64,000 nucleotides of DNA from Lama glama (taxonomy: Eukaryota). Below the pieces are notes generated by a model. The model had not been told where the DNA came from and did not search any database. It was given only the letters and a program-made list of their open reading frames with translations. The stretch lies in contig CM052850.1 of assembly GCA_028534125.1 (NCBI GenBank), positions 2,604,001-2,668,000 on the forward strand, written 5' to 3'. Shown in pieces: positions 12,401 to 26,089 of this stretch. Made by a program: the position numbers and the translations under genes. Every line of letters begins with the position of its first letter. Position 1 is the first letter of the stretch.

Positions 12401-15369
12401 ACTCAAAGACAGTCAGAGGGAAGGGGCCCTGCCTCGTCTGTGATTCCCTCAAACATGTCACCACAGGGATATTTTAAATATAAATGACACTGAAATAGAG
12501 CCGTGCAAGACTTCCATGCTGCCTTTACGAGAAGAATCGGAACCTCTCTCGAGACCTGGAACATGATGGAAGAGACGTAGCCTGGCAATGGAGACTGAGA
12601 CGGGGCTCTCGATGCAGAAGCCGCCCAACGTGGAACCCACGTCAGGGAAAACCACCGCCATCCGTTCCCATGGAGCCAAGCGAGGACACCAGAAGGATCA
12701 AAGTCTAAGTTGACACGTGAATGTGAAAACCCTTTGAACGCTGCAAGGTGCTACACAAATGCACAGTCATTTTTATTATCTTACTAAATCAATCTTTCAG
12801 CATCTGCTATGGCTCGAAGCTTTGTGGGGAGCATCTGTTAGTGGTCACAGCCTCCAGGAGCAGGCCGGCTGGCTGCAGCCATGGGCCGGCATGAAAGAGA
12901 CCCACCGCAATAAAGGATTTAAAAGAAAATGATGGTAATGGGCCTCCGGGAAGAGAGCAAAGACATTTGGCCCCGAACCTCCTGGGAACATGGAAAGCAC
13001 ATCCAAACACCAGTCCCCAGAGGATTTATGCGGCTGATGGCTCTGATGCAATCTCCCCCAGTGACCAGAAGGATATTAATCACACCCAAGGCCACGGCTA
13101 ACAGCAGGAGGGTTCGAACTGCCACAGGAGTCCGGCTCTGGCTCCTGCAGACCCTGATGGAAATGCAGTGAGATCATGCTGATGAGATCACATCCCCCTC
13201 GCCTGGGCTGCGGAGGATGATAACTCTGTCCTGGAGGGACCAGTGATAGGGAAGAGACAGGACCTGGTGCCTAACACCCAGACATGGCTGGAGCCAGCAG
13301 CACTGTTACCACGGAGTGTGTCTGCACCCCTTCCTAGGGGCTGACATTCTCCCAGGAAGAGCTGTCTCCTAGCCTTTCCACACAGGCCCTGAGTACAGGT
13401 CTTCAATGCCTCACAGACAGAAATAAACATTAAAATCAGCCCTGGGAGGCCAAGGGCCAGCTCTCCTTCCTGGAAGGAGGTTTCACCTTTTCTCCAGATG
13501 GTGGAATGAAACAGGAGGAGGAGATAAAAAGACAGTGACTAAAGAGGGCTTTCTGGGGCCTCTCAGCCCATCCCTGCCCAGGTTAAGAGGTAAGTCATGG
13601 TCCAAGGAGTCTCAACCCAGAGGCTAAAGTGCCCCTTGACAGTCTCCTTTTATGAACTTGCTCCTGTGGCTGGCCCAGCAGGACAGAGTGCCCAAAGACA
13701 ACCCATTCAGAAAAGGGACTAAACAGAGAAACGGGATTCTTTGCGATTCTAAGGGGCCACAGATAAATGTTTCAATTTCCTGAGAAACAATGTTAAGCAT
13801 CTGAACTTATCAATGTATGAACCACTCTCATATCTGGGACAAGGCACACCCTCAACTCCATTTCTATCTTTTTTCTCAGTCCTTATTTTTAGGCTTCCAG
13901 TCTCTGTGCTCAGCTCACCAACACAGGGTGGACCACACATCGCCACCCAAGGGCAGGAGTGATAATCCCCTGGGTTCTCCACATGACAGTACACAATTCT
14001 GGCTGCAAATCCGGAAATCCACCCTTTATCTCTTCTTCCTTTCCCACCCCCACGGCAGAAGAAACACACTTAAGAAGCAGAAAAATGAAGTGGAAGGCTC
14101 TGCATACTTCGTGCTGCCCCATTTCATCATCTCTTTACTTTCCTTATTGGAACTTTTCTCACCACCCAACTGGTCTTAAAAAAAAAAAAACTGGATTGAG
14201 AAACCAACCCCTTTTCTTTTTTTAAAACAAAACAAAACAAAAATGTATCATGTGACTTCTAGCCTTAACATCAGTTTTCTAACTTTGGTTTCCATGGTGG
14301 TGGGATGCAACCTCCCATCACCATGACAACAGCTGCCTCTGTTCAAATTCACCATCTGACAGGCAGTCCTGAACACACCTCTCTCCCGCTCCCTCTGTCA
14401 AGAAGATGGAAATGCCATTACACCTACTCCTAAAGTCTTAAGTCCTAATGAATGAAAGACGAAGCAATGGTGAGAATATAGCAGAGGCAGAGAACCCCTC
14501 AAAAGGCTTTCTGTTTGCCAGTACAGTCCCACTGCTCTCGTAGGGAGGTCAATGGACTCGGTTACTCAAAACAGAAGATTTCTAGCATTACCCTTGCAAT
14601 GTTGGCTGTGTAGTGCACCAAATTCTTTATTGCTTTTAGACCAAAGAACTCCCATCTGACTCCCATGTCCCTGCCCTCTACATAAAACGATGGAAAGGAA
14701 GGTCACCTTATTGCCAATTTGGCTAACCAGTGCTGAGGTCAGTTCTGGACCCAACCAAGCCCCAGTTCCAAAAGGACAGGGAGTGGCAGTTCTGCAGAAA
14801 TCAGTGGGCACCCGCTCTCCCTCTCTTCTGCCTCAGTTATAGTCAGCCCAGTAAGTCTTAACAAATTCATTTTTTGTGCATCTCACTGAATCCTGGACTC
14901 AAAAACGCTGTCATTCGACACACAGTTTTGGTGATCAGGAGACAAGTGATTGAACACTACAGAAAAGGGAAGAAAGAAGAGGGGAATATTAAAAGCCTCT
15001 GGAAGGAAAACAAAACAGCAGTGGGAAAATTACCTGTTTCAGAAACCAGAACCCGTGTTTTGATGACACTCTGACGAATCCGAGCCCATCACGCCTTCTG
15101 GCAGCAACGTGCATTTTCGGAAAAAAACGTGGGCTGCAATCAGCAACCACACCCAAGGCTGTAGCCTACTCCACATCCACACCCGCTCTGTGGCTGGGGT
15201 TCACGCGGTACTCTGAATGCAGAGATTCCTTCTGTGAAAGAGCCCACAGATCATCTCTGGAAGGAGTTTTTGTTTTCCTTTGAAAACTCTGCAACCACAC
15301 CCCAAAGGTTCAAAGACTGAGCCCCCAAACCGCAGGAGAAAGTGTTTATAAACACTAGGATACCCAGGT

Positions 15370-15560
15370 TGGAAAGGGAAGACTCGAGAGAGCTGTCGTA
15401 GCTGTTTTCAAATATCGGAGGCTTGTAGCAGCGGGCTTAGATGCTGTCTAAGTTATTCTGAAGGGCAAAGCTAAGACCTCAGGGTTGGTGCCCACCCAAA
15501 GGCAGATCTGGAGTGACACAGAGAAGTTCCACTGTTCCACAAGTGAGTGGACTATTTTGT
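15370..15560 (+). mobile_element. L3/CR1 3' fragment
   Basis: GGAAGACTCGAG...AGCTGTTTTCAAATAT...GAAGGGCAAAGCTAAGACC resembles the end of CR1 ORF2. Confidence 0.5.
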
Positions 15561-15569
15561 TAAGGAGTA

Positions 15570-15781
15570 AACTAAGTGTTGGACAAATAAATGTTTAACA
15601 ACTGCCTCTCTGAAGGAAGAAAAAGCCCTGACATGTAGCATGTGCCAATTTCTGGAGCATAATGACTCTCTCCATGGCCAATTTCAAGCTACTAACTTGA
15701 CACCAATGCACGTGGAGCTGGGAAGAGAGGCACACAATTGAAACCCACCAGCTGGGACTAGCCAGTTCCAGCACACCACTC
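15570..15781 (-). mobile_element. MER63-like hAT element
   Basis: CCATGGCCAATTTCAAGCTACTAAC and terminal CCAGCACACCACT match the recalled MER63A reverse complement. Confidence 0.7.
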
Positions 15782-16273
15782 ACTGCAAGGGCCACGTCTC
15801 CAGGAAACCATCGAGAACACTGAGAAAGAGATTCCTGTGTTGGACAGTCGTCAAGCCAGATCAACCCTCCTACACACAAGGAGTTAACAGATGGGAAGGA
15901 AGAAAGTCTAGAGTCTTCAGTCACTTGCTCAAAGGCCTTTTGGGTCAGCATGACTCAATCTGTCCCTTAGACTCAAGTGGCCCCCTTAGCTAGACCTGCC
16001 TTCACGAAGTCTGAAGCATCGCCCTTATCACAGAAGCTGGTGCCTGTGCAGCTGGACGTGCACCAGGAGCAGCCCCAGGTGAACGTTTTGCCAGCCCCAT
16101 GAAACGTGAGGACTAATCACCCCATTTTCTCAGGCTGACTTCCTGGAGGCCTGGGAGCACCTACTTCACTGTAGCCTAAAAGAAAACGGAGAGGAACCAA
16201 CCAAGACACATGATTAAAAGCACCGTCCAAAGAAACAAATCAGGTAAAAGGCTCACCTCTCATTCCAGGAGAT

Positions 16274-16450
16274 CAGTGGACCTCAGCCTTGGTTAAACAG
16301 TAGAATCACTTGGAAAGCTTTTAAAAATTAAGGATACAGGTATCCCATCTCCAGAAACTTTTATTTCATTTGCCTCAGCCACTGTCTGGGCATCAGCATT
16401 TTAGAAGGACTCAGGCTGATTTTAATGTGCATCCAGGGGAAAGAGCAGAG
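16274..16450. mobile_element. MER5-family hAT-Charlie element
   Basis: CAGTGG...AGAATCACTTGGAAAGCTTTTAAAAAT...GCTGATTTTAATGTGCATCCAGGG. Confidence 0.6.
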
Positions 16451-19400
16451 CCTTCAGTGCTGGAGACCGTGATGGCTAATGGCATCCTCAACTCAGGTGA
16501 GACAACAAACGGGGAAATCAGAATCCCAGAGGCACCACAGTAAGAACTGAAAGGCGCCTTAGAGCTCCATTACCCATTCCAGCACACACATTTTACAGAG
16601 GGAGATGCTGAAACCGGAGGAGGAATATGACTAGAAAGCTCTCTGGACTCCTGAAAAGCTTAGGGTCCCATGATCAGAACAACCAGATACAACTCCCTGG
16701 CTTCTTGGCTTGAATTCAGGGTTCCAGAAGAAAGGGAGCTTCTGATCGACTTTACTTGCTCTGTCCCTACTCAACTGTTCTCAAGAGTGTATCCCTTAAG
16801 GGAAGGTCTGGATGGTTGACCCTTCTCAGGACCGCTGAAGAGTCCAGAAAACATTCTGAGATGACTGCTGGCCTGAGCATCCATCCTCCCGTCTGCTGAG
16901 ATGTGACCTCGGTCCTCACCCTGGGTAGAAGCCCACTACCCACTGAGTCCTATCACTTCACCAAGTTCTCCAGCAACGTTTCTGGAAAAGGAAAACATTA
17001 ACCATTGTTCTGAACCACTGTCTCCCATTCTCACTGGATCTGTGCTGGCTGGCTTCTCTTAAACTTACCTTCTCTTGTCCATTCCTACTTTTTCTTAATT
17101 AAGTCCTTTCTTCTTAATCATGATCCACTCTCCTGTGCCCCAACCCAAAAGAAACACTAAAATCATACACTTGCTAACTAACAAAAGGATGAAAATGTCC
17201 CAGGAGAGGATGAGGGGACAGAAGGAAGATGACTGCGCAGAGAAAGAGTATTGAGGAAAGAAGAGAGGAAATGTGTTCAGAGGAGCTCTGGGATCTAGAC
17301 CCGGCTCTGTCACTTACTGAGAGGCCAGTGGCAAGTCACTTACCCTCTCTGGCTCTCAGCTTAATTATAGATAAATGAGGGTTGGATTAGGGTTTCCCTT
17401 AGGTCCCCATAACTCTAAAAATCTACTACTCTGTGGTGCTAATAGGCAACAGAATAAGGAGAGGAATGAGACAGAAAAGAGGAGCACCCATTATTACAAC
17501 TGAGAGAAGCCATTTTTGGCAAAGCTGCAAACGAGGACATCCAACGTTAACACCCAAAGCAGAAGCCCCGGCAGGCCTAGGAACACCTTTCAAGTGTCTA
17601 AAGTCAGCAGAAACATTTCTAAATGTTCAATAACAAGAGCTCCATGACAAGCTGGGTTGGCTAAAAAGAGCTCTAAGAGATAGTTCATGAAAAATCAGAA
17701 TCCTCAGAGTGGTGGCCTGGAGGTGAACTTAAGGCAGCTTTACCATCAATCTATGGTAAGCCTTTTTTACACTCCTTACTGAGGTATTAAAGTATTTCTT
17801 GCAGCCTCTCTGTCCCCACAACCCCTATTTCCTTAACAAGCTGCAAAGGCAGAAGCATTCAGGAAACGCTGAAAGTTCAAAAAAAGCCTTAGAAGTTGGT
17901 TCCTCCATGCTACCATTCACTCTACAGGTTTTGTGGGAAAGGGAGGGCCGAGAGTAGACGTTTTGAAGGCTGTAAAAACAAGAAAACAGACTTTATATTA
18001 AAGGGGAAGGAGAATTGGCATTTCCAACTCAAAGATTGTTGGTAGAGTGATGAAGGAAGCATGACAATGGTGCTTTTGGTGAAGAGAAGACAGAACAGCA
18101 GAGCCCCAGTTCCAAGTGAAGCTCACCTTCCATTGACACGGGGAAAGCTGTCTCCATCCATGTCATGATGTCCATGACAATGGGTAAAAGATCCTTGCTC
18201 TTCTCTCTTCCATCTGTGGATCCTTTACTCCTCCATGGGTTTAGCCTCCTACCCAATGGCTGCTACCAGTACAGGCAAGCAGCTCACACAGTGTCATCCT
18301 AAAAAGATGCTCTGTCAGGGAAGAGCACTTGCTACTTGCCTGGCCCGCCCTGAGGCAGCGTGCTCCAGTGGGCAGAGAAGAGCCACTGGAGTCAGTCAGA
18401 CCACAGCCGCCTGCGACCCTGGCTGACCATCTGCAAGATGAGAACAGTAATATCCACTTTCCACAGGATCGGGTAGAATGATGCACGTCCCTGCAGCTCA
18501 CGCCACAGGCGCTTACTAAAGGTTAGTCCCTCTGAACACTCCCAGGAATGCGTACTGAGGAAGGGATGACTCTCCAGGCTGGATCACGGTCCCTACAGAA
18601 TGTTAACAAAATGATATGAAGATAATTTGTTATGCAAATAAAAATAAATGAAGGTAAGAGGGGAAAAAAAGAGATGACAAAACTCGTAATTGTGCAGAGT
18701 GGTTCTGAGCCCGGCCTCGCTCCCAGTGGAGGTGTGCAAAGCTGCTGCACAGCTCCCACTCCCCAGAACCTCTCCCTTCGCTTCGCTCCTTCGAGCCCAT
18801 CTCCTGATAGCTGTGACAGGACTGAGTGCCACCCTTCTGAGCCAGGACAGTCAGGAGTGGCCATTTGTTTGTTACTCTTATCACCACCAGGGAAAGAGGT
18901 TACCCAGAGAAGATGTAGCATCCTTATTAACTACAGAACTTTGAGGAAGGAGGGGCAGGCGGTGATCTCAAAAGTAAATACCTACCTACCTCACCATCTA
19001 CGGGAAGGGAGCATGATGTTGCCAGAAAGCCCAGAGCCTCTGCATTTACATGGGCCCACGTTCCCCAGACCTGCCCCTCCTCATGTTACTCCACCCACCC
19101 ACCCACCCCACCTCCAGACAAGCCCACGCCCTTCAACTGCTCCTCGTATCAGCAGACCAGGAGAACACATGCATCCCTGTACATCCATATGGCTCAGTTA
19201 TCTCATAAACACAAACTCCCTTGCAAAAGCAATCCAAAGTTAGCAGAAAGAAGAGGCAGTTCCTCTAATTGTTTTAGGCCCACTCCCTAATTTCCTTTGA
19301 GTCTTCTGCCTAATTTCCAGAAGACAAGTGGTACCCCCTAGTTCTCCATTCACATCCGACCAGTACCCAGTTCCCTCAGGTAAAATGTCCTCATGTGCCC

Positions 19401-19934
19401 TGGTCAGACGACCTCCCCAAGCCCTTCAGGTAAATGTCCAAAGGCTCCAAGCCATGGAGGTCCCCTCTCTGTCACCTCTGTCTAACCCATGAGAAGCTTC
19501 TTCCACAGGTCCTGGTGTCCAGTCCTGACTCCCTTCTCTGATGGAACCAAGATGGAGATCCTAACTACTCAGAAACCCAAACAGACGAGGAGGAGTCAGC
19601 TAGAAGACCCACAACCCCTGAGAAGAAAACCTGCCCAGAGGCCAAAAACAGAATCGAGTGAATTTGCCGAAGGCTGATGGTTTTGAATCTGTTATCTGTT
19701 TCCATCAGAAGTTTGCCGGGAATATTCTGCACCATTACTGCTCCTGCAGGGACTGTTTCCGGGGTGTAAATCCAAACATGTCCTTAGAGACAATATCGGT
19801 GTAAAATCGGCATCAGGGACCCAGGAAGAAAGGCAGGTTTTGATGGAGACAGTCTGAAATGTATCCTTAAAAATGTAAACCAGATAACTTCGAGAACAAA
19901 AAAACGGCTGGTGGAACAACCACCCAGCTCTCCG

Positions 19935-20140
19935 ATCCAGGCATCCAGCTCTGACTCACTGTGTCATCCTGGGCAAATGAGTTAACTGGTCCACGCTGTC
20001 ATCCTCCCAGCTTGAACGGAGAAAACAAACATGCCCATCTTTGTAGGACTGCCACGAGGAATAAATGCAACAATCCATGGGACGCACTGAACACAGTAAC
20101 CTGGCACAGGGTAAATACTCAATAAAGCGTTAGCTATCTA
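19935..20140 (+). mobile_element. MIR SINE
   Basis: ATCCAGCTCTGACTCACTGTGTCATCCTGGGCAAATGAGTTAAC...CCTGGCACAGGGTAAATACTCAATAAA. Confidence 0.7.
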
Positions 20141-20440
20141 TCAGGCCTGCTGACATGAACACTAATCATCTCACGTGTTTGCAGGGGGCTTTCACACACA
20201 TTAGTTGATGCTAGCCTCACAAGAGTCCCATAAGGAAGGCAAAGCACGGCAGGTGACTTCCACCTCACACCTGAAGACGCTGAGGCTCAGAGAGGACACA
20301 AAACCAGCAGGAGGTCACATAAACATCATCTGGCAGTGAGCAGGTTAGAAGCCTGACAAGAGTCAGGAGAAAGTAGATGGAAGATGAAAACTTAGCTGCA
20401 GACATTTAATCCTGATTCATCCAAAATTAACCAGATACTT

Positions 20441-20555
20441 GGGGGGAGAGTGTAGCTCAGTGGTAGAGCATGTGCTTAGTATGCGTGGGGTGTTGGGTTC
20501 AATCCCCAGTATCTCTGTAAAAAAAAAAAAAAAACTGAAATTAAAAAAAAAAAGA
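20441..20555 (+). mobile_element. tRNA-Ala-derived SINE (camelid Vic-1-like)
   Basis: GGGGGGAGAGTGTAGCTCAGTGGTAGAGC...GGGTTCAATCCCCAG with A and B boxes and a poly(A) tail. Perfect 18-nt TSD CAAAATTAACCAGATACT at 20422-20439 and 20556-20573. Confidence 0.9.
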
Positions 20556-20574
20556 CAAAATTAACCAGATACTA

Positions 20575-20820
20575 ACAACTAAGATGTATTCATAGCTTAC
20601 TATGTGCCGGATGTTGTTCTAACATCTTACATGTGTTATCTCGTCTGATCATCACAAAGACCCTGAAAGATACCCCCACAGGTAAAATTCTGAGTTCCAT
20701 TTAAGTCTGGGGACCTGAGGCACAGCAAGGTTAAGTAGCTCCCCAAGGCACACAGCTAGGAAGTGGTGGAGATGGTACCAAGACGGGAATCCAAAGGTCA
20801 TGCTTTTAACTATGCCACGC
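20575..20820 (-). mobile_element. MIR SINE
   Basis: GCTTACTATGTGCCGG...CTGAGGCACAGCAAGGTTAAGTAGCTCCCCAAGG. Confidence 0.7.
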
Positions 20821-21039
20821 TTATGCCTCCAAGCAGAGACTGGTAAATCCTGAACTCCAAGGTGACGCTTTCATCAACAAGGCGTTGGACTAGCTGGCGT
20901 CTAACACCCCCTCAGCTCCTGAGATTCTAGGGTTTGACGCTTCTACTGTTGAGTCAAGAAATAAAATATTATCGGAGTGAGTCTCTGAAAACAATACCCA
21001 GTGTGGACTTTGGAGGTAGCAAGATGCTGTATTCTAGCC

Positions 21040-21780
21040 TAAAAGAGACATGAAATAGGCATAGAAGTGTGTGTTGATTTCAGCAAAGCATGTGACAAGG
21101 ATATCTTGCACCACATCCTTACAGACCAAACAGAGATCAGCTGACGAAAACACAGTTCAGAAAATGTGAGGAAAGATGAACAGTTCATAAGCACTGACCA
21201 ATGCACCAGTGGTAAGCAGGAGGGAGGTTCCCAATTCTAACCATTATTTCTATCAATTACTTGAGTGAAAACATAAAGCATGTGGCTATCCTGTCTGCAG
21301 ACGACATAGTGCTCAAAGTGAAGAGCTTACTCGTTACACAGCAGCGTCTAGAGATGAGGTGTAATGGAAACCACCTAAGCATTGGAGTCAGACCACCAGC
21401 TTCAAGTTCCCTGGTGATGACCTTGGGCAAGCAACTTAATCTTTAGCCTCCGTTTCCCCATATACAAAGTGTGGATAATAACATGTTGCTCATTGGATTG
21501 TCATTTTGTTTAAATGTAGAGTCTGAAGTTTATGGATATTCAATGACTGTCAGTTCCCTGTCCCCACTTGAAAAGGAGCTCTACAGGATGGACTGTGGGA
21601 CCAAAAGCACGGAGAGAAAATGTACTTGAAATAAACAGAGTTCTGAACTTACATTCAGAAATTAAACAGAATGAGAATAGTTCAAGGGAAAATCAACTCT
21701 GCCATCAATTCATAGTAAACGATCCAAGGTTTTAAACGGACTACAACCTAAAGTCAAGTCAGAAATAGAACATCATTTCT
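21040..21780 (+). mobile_element. L3/CR1 reverse-transcriptase remnant interrupted by a MIR (~21360-21520)
   Basis: GTTGATTTCAGCAAAGCATGTGACAAG encodes VDFSKACDK, a degenerate CR1 RT 'LDFSKAFD' motif. Confidence 0.6.
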
Positions 21781-21899
21781 TAAAAAAAAAAATCTAAAAA
21801 AATTTTTTAATTTAAATATATGTGTTAAATACTGGTGTTAATAAGCACCACCCTATGTTATGGTTATTAAAAAACTAATAAATAATGGCTCATTGCTTG

Positions 21900-22265
21900 C
21901 AGGAACTTTAAACCAATACTAAAGCTATGTGGTAAGTGAGTGTTACAAGAAAGTAATAAACCAGGAGCTGTATGGGAGCCAGGAGGAGGGAGTTGGCTTT
22001 ACTCTGCTGAGAGAAATCAAGGAAGGCTTCATGGAGGAAATGACCTCTGAGTACAGTCTTAAAGCCAGGAAGTCGGGAAGAGAGAGAGGAGGTGTTCCAG
22101 GCAGAGGGAGCAGCAAGTACAGAGGCACAGAGACCTGGGAGAGGACGGCCCCTTCGGGCCTCAGCAGCCCCCCGGAACAGCTGGAGAGAAGGGGATCCAA
22201 GCAGTTGAGACAGGCTGGTGCCCCGTGCAGAGGGAATCATCAGAAGCCCTGAACACCAAGCGAAG
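21900..22265 (-). mobile_element. L2 fragment
   Basis: AGGAAGGCTTCATGGAGGAAATGACCTCTGAG...GTTCCAGGCAGAGGGAGCAGCAAGTACAGAGGCACAGAG, typical antisense L2. Confidence 0.7.
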
Positions 22266-22364
22266 GAAAACCTGCCCAATTACAGAGCTAATAAATGACA
22301 GAACACAGACAGAAACTTAGACTTTCCTACTCCTTATCAAACCTCTCTACCTCTGCTGCCCCGT

Positions 22365-22555
22365 ACTCAAGCCATGAGCCACGTGTGGCTAGTTAAACTT
22401 TAATTAATTAAAGTAAAATTTAAAATTTAGCATTCAGTCACAATAGACACATATCCAGTGCTGAAGAGCCACGCATGGCTAGTGGCTACAGTACTGGACA
22501 GCACAGATAAAAACAAATCCATCATCACAGAAAGTTCTAGCCAACAGCACCGCTC
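22365..22555. mobile_element. MER3/MER33-like hAT element
   Basis: Paired AGCCAC(G/A)TGTGGCTA motifs; TAGTGGCTACAGTACTGGACAGCACAGAT...TCCATCATCACAGAAAGTTCTA. Confidence 0.75.
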
Positions 22556-24550
22556 ACTGCCACAGCACCATTACGTTACAGAGAAGTAGACTGGGTCTGT
22601 ATTGCTTTCAGAACAGAAACGGGGGGGGGACCCCAAACAGGTGGAAACTATAGGGAGAAACAGTTCAACTTTCTACACTTTAAGTTTTCTAATGATGGAA
22701 GAGCACCCTGCCACTGGAAGCTGGATGGCCATGCATCAGGGTAATGCAGAAAGAGCTGTTGTATCGACCTGATGCTCTTTCATTAGAACGTTGTGTTTTA
22801 TCACGGCAGCATGGCTGATGTACGCACACAGACACGTGGCTGTAGCTCTTCCACGTGGAGTTCCTGTATCCAAGGGATGCAATGTTGGGTTGGGAGTCCC
22901 TATTTCTGATGGCCCAGAATCCCAACATCCCAGAATGTGGTAATTTTCTAACATGGCCAGCATTTTTAAATTGTGAGCCATGGACCTACTGGAAATTTAA
23001 TGCAAAACTGTATGTGTATTATTCTGGGAAGAAAGGTCCATAGCATTACTCAGATTGTAACAGGATTTGTGATCCCAATACAAAAAGCAAGCAAACACTG
23101 TAATGGAGGAATCTCCATTTGTCCCCAGACTACAAGAACAGTCATCTAGATGTCATCTGGACAGTCATTCAGTTCATTCCCAACTCTAAAGTCCCACAGC
23201 CTTGCACATCTAAAGATCATCACCCTGCAATGAACAGTTTCAAGCCAAACATCCTCCAACCTTGATCAAGAAAAAAGGAGACAAGAGTATAAAAGAGCGT
23301 GGCAACAGCCCAAGGCACAAACGTTGGATAATTCAGTCAAGTTGGGGAAGGTACCACCTGTCAACCTCTCACTAAGATGCCTATTGGAGGCTGTCTTGGA
23401 AATCCTGGGGGTTCACTTCCAGTGTGAGCCTACAGAACCAAGCACACCCAGTTAGACGCAATGCCAGCTTGTCAGCCGGAGAACTTGCCCAGTAAATCTA
23501 AAGCTTGCTGAGCTATCAATCCATTTAAAAAATAATGACTCTGTCCTCACCACCACCTGACATTCTGACCATTGTACCGGGATCTATCTCCAGGTCCTAC
23601 AGTATTTCTAGAACTAAAAGAGCTCATTTCTAGAACAATGCAGCAATTTCTCTGTTATCCGTTATAGCTGAAGAAGGTGACTTTGGTTAATTTAACCAAA
23701 AAAAAGTGATAAAAAGCTACTTCATATAATCAATATGGATTCTAATTTGTAAAAGCTTGAATACAATAAAGTACATGCACCATTCGAACCATGTTGGACA
23801 TAATGTAATGAATGCTTCGTTGGCGATGTTCAGAATGCACTACAGCATTTTGTGGTGCCTAGGGGCCATCAGTACAAATCTCAATTGTCATTAAACTATA
23901 GATGTCTGGGTGCCAATTAACAAAGAGCTCTGTACAATAAAATGCCAGATAACAATAGACACAGTGCACCTTTTTCACAGCCTGTGCTATATATTACAAA
24001 AGCTGGAGTGATCCTTAGCACAGTTGAAAAGTAGGTAAAGCTCTTTTACAACCTCCAAATTTCCACGTAATGATCTTTCAATCCCCTGCCAGCCGTCCAG
24101 TGCCCTCATCACCTCTTAGACGCTTTCTCTCCCCCTACTAAGGCTACACCTGGTCCTACAGGTCCAGGTCAGTACAATACAAGACACATCAAAGGCACTT
24201 CAATGATGCTTGCTATTTATCAATAGTAACTGATGAATGAGATCTTTCCACAACAGTTCACTGAATGCTTGCTGAGGGCCAGCATTGAGCTAGGTGCTGG
24301 AATGAAATGGGGCATGGCCTTTGCCTGTTCTCAGAAGAGCCTGCTCTTAGTTACAAGGTCAGAAGGATAATAATGTCATATACTAGCTTACTATGTCCCT
24401 GCTCCCAAGATGATAAAGTCTCAAAGATTCACTACCTGAATCCAGAGAACCCCTATTAGCAGCAAGGCTTCAGGCTGTTATAGGAGAAAGAGAGATGTAG
24501 GATGGGCAGTTTGTAAGACCGGTCCCCTCTAAAGGTACCACCAGGCACAG

Positions 24551-24732
24551 TAGTGGTTCTCAAAGTATGGTTCCAAGACCAACAGCATCGGTGTTCCCTG
24601 GGAACTTGAGACAAATACAAATAGTCCGGCCCAACTTCAGACCTACTGAGTCAGAAACCTGGACTAAGGTCCAGCAATCTGTATTTTAACAAGCCCTTCA
24701 AGAGACCCCAAGACACACTCAAGTTTGAGGAG
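24551..24732. mobile_element. MER5A
   Basis: AGTGGTTCTCAAAGTATGG...AGACCTACTGAGTCAGAAAC...AATCTGTATTTTAACAAGCCC...AAGTTTGAG. Confidence 0.8.
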
Positions 24733-26089
24733 ATGGAACAGAGTGCACACATGTGCCTTCAACACAAAGAAACTACCTGCGGAATTAGCCTTGATGCTGA
24801 TGGGAATCACCTGCTGGAAAGAAACCTCCCTGACAACAGGAGCAAGACCGCTCCCCACAGCACAAAGCTGGAAACGGCCAGGACGTTAGTGAGGGACTGG
24901 TGAAAAATCCACGTCATGCTTTTTTGACTCTGACCAGCCCCATGAGACAAGCGTGTGGAAAGTGAGAAAAGAGGCACAGAAAGTTTGAAACATTGCAAAC
25001 CAACAACTCAGCTGAAGGCTGGGAACAACCTGTGAGGACTGACTTCGTGGCTGGTCTGCAGAGCCTCTTCCCTGGGCCCGGGAGGCCACACATAGCCCTC
25101 CCCCCAACATCTTGGCTAAGGAAACGATACCAGAGTCTGATCCCTGGCAAACCTCAGTTCCTGACACTGACTAGGGCTCCCCTCTAACCTGTTACCACAC
25201 TGTTTGGCCACATCCTTTTCATCTCCTCTAAAAGTGAGGAGGGAAAAAGACATCCCATCCCACCCCACCCCACCCCCACCTTCACCCTCTGGCTTTAATA
25301 ACACAAGCCTTTTATGAAGCCAATGCATACAACTGAAACAGGCTTTCCAAATTCTCCAGCGATGTAGGGGAATAGATGCAGTAAAAATGCAGCAGGACCA
25401 AATGCAGCCAAAAAAAAAAAAGCCTCAAAATTATGCAGAGTTGCCACAGCAATTCAAATCAACCACCCACAGGCAAAAAGACCACACTTTGCACAGATAC
25501 CAGGCAGGGCCCCTCCCTGAAGCCACTCAGTTGGCTGGACCACAGGAGCCTAGCCTGGAGTCCCATTTCCAAGCCCCATCCACCTGCCTCTGAGATGAAC
25601 TCCTTTACAAACGGGTCCACTACAGGCCTTTAAAAAAAAAAAAATCAAGAAGGCTAAGAGTGGAACTGTTCAGTCCTAAAAACTTGGAGCTCAGCATACC
25701 TAAGGAAAGAAGCCCCTAAGGGGTTACCCACTGCACTGCCAGGAACAGGGTGGGCGACAGGCTGGATAACGGACACTTTTTGAAGTCATTCAGTGCTGTT
25801 CTCCTTAATCTGGCCCATTTCTGCCTCTTAAGGACATACTTTCTGGCTGCTCCTTGCTTTCCAGAGACGGGGGTATGGGGGTTTATAAATAGGGTTAAGA
25901 GTTTCTAGCCAAAGATGAAGGGAATGGAAAACTCAGTAAACATACATGAGGTGCTCGGTGAGCAAAAATACACCACAGACAGCTCCCTGAAGTAGGCGTA
26001 ACACATAAGAGACCACTAGGTCGGAGGAGCCTAAAAACTTTGTGCTGTACTTTCTGTCCTTAATTACGAGTGATGCTGGTATCATTCTT

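Noticed and set aside
18632-19243. 203-aa plus-strand ORF in intron 1
   Set aside because: Pro/Ser-rich with no homology I can recognise and no supporting splice or promoter structure; most likely a chance ORF.
20441-20516. tRNA-Ala-like sequences here and at 45789-45862 as tRNA genes
   Set aside because: Stems are degraded, and they carry poly(A) tails and TSDs with no oligo-T terminator; they are SINEs.
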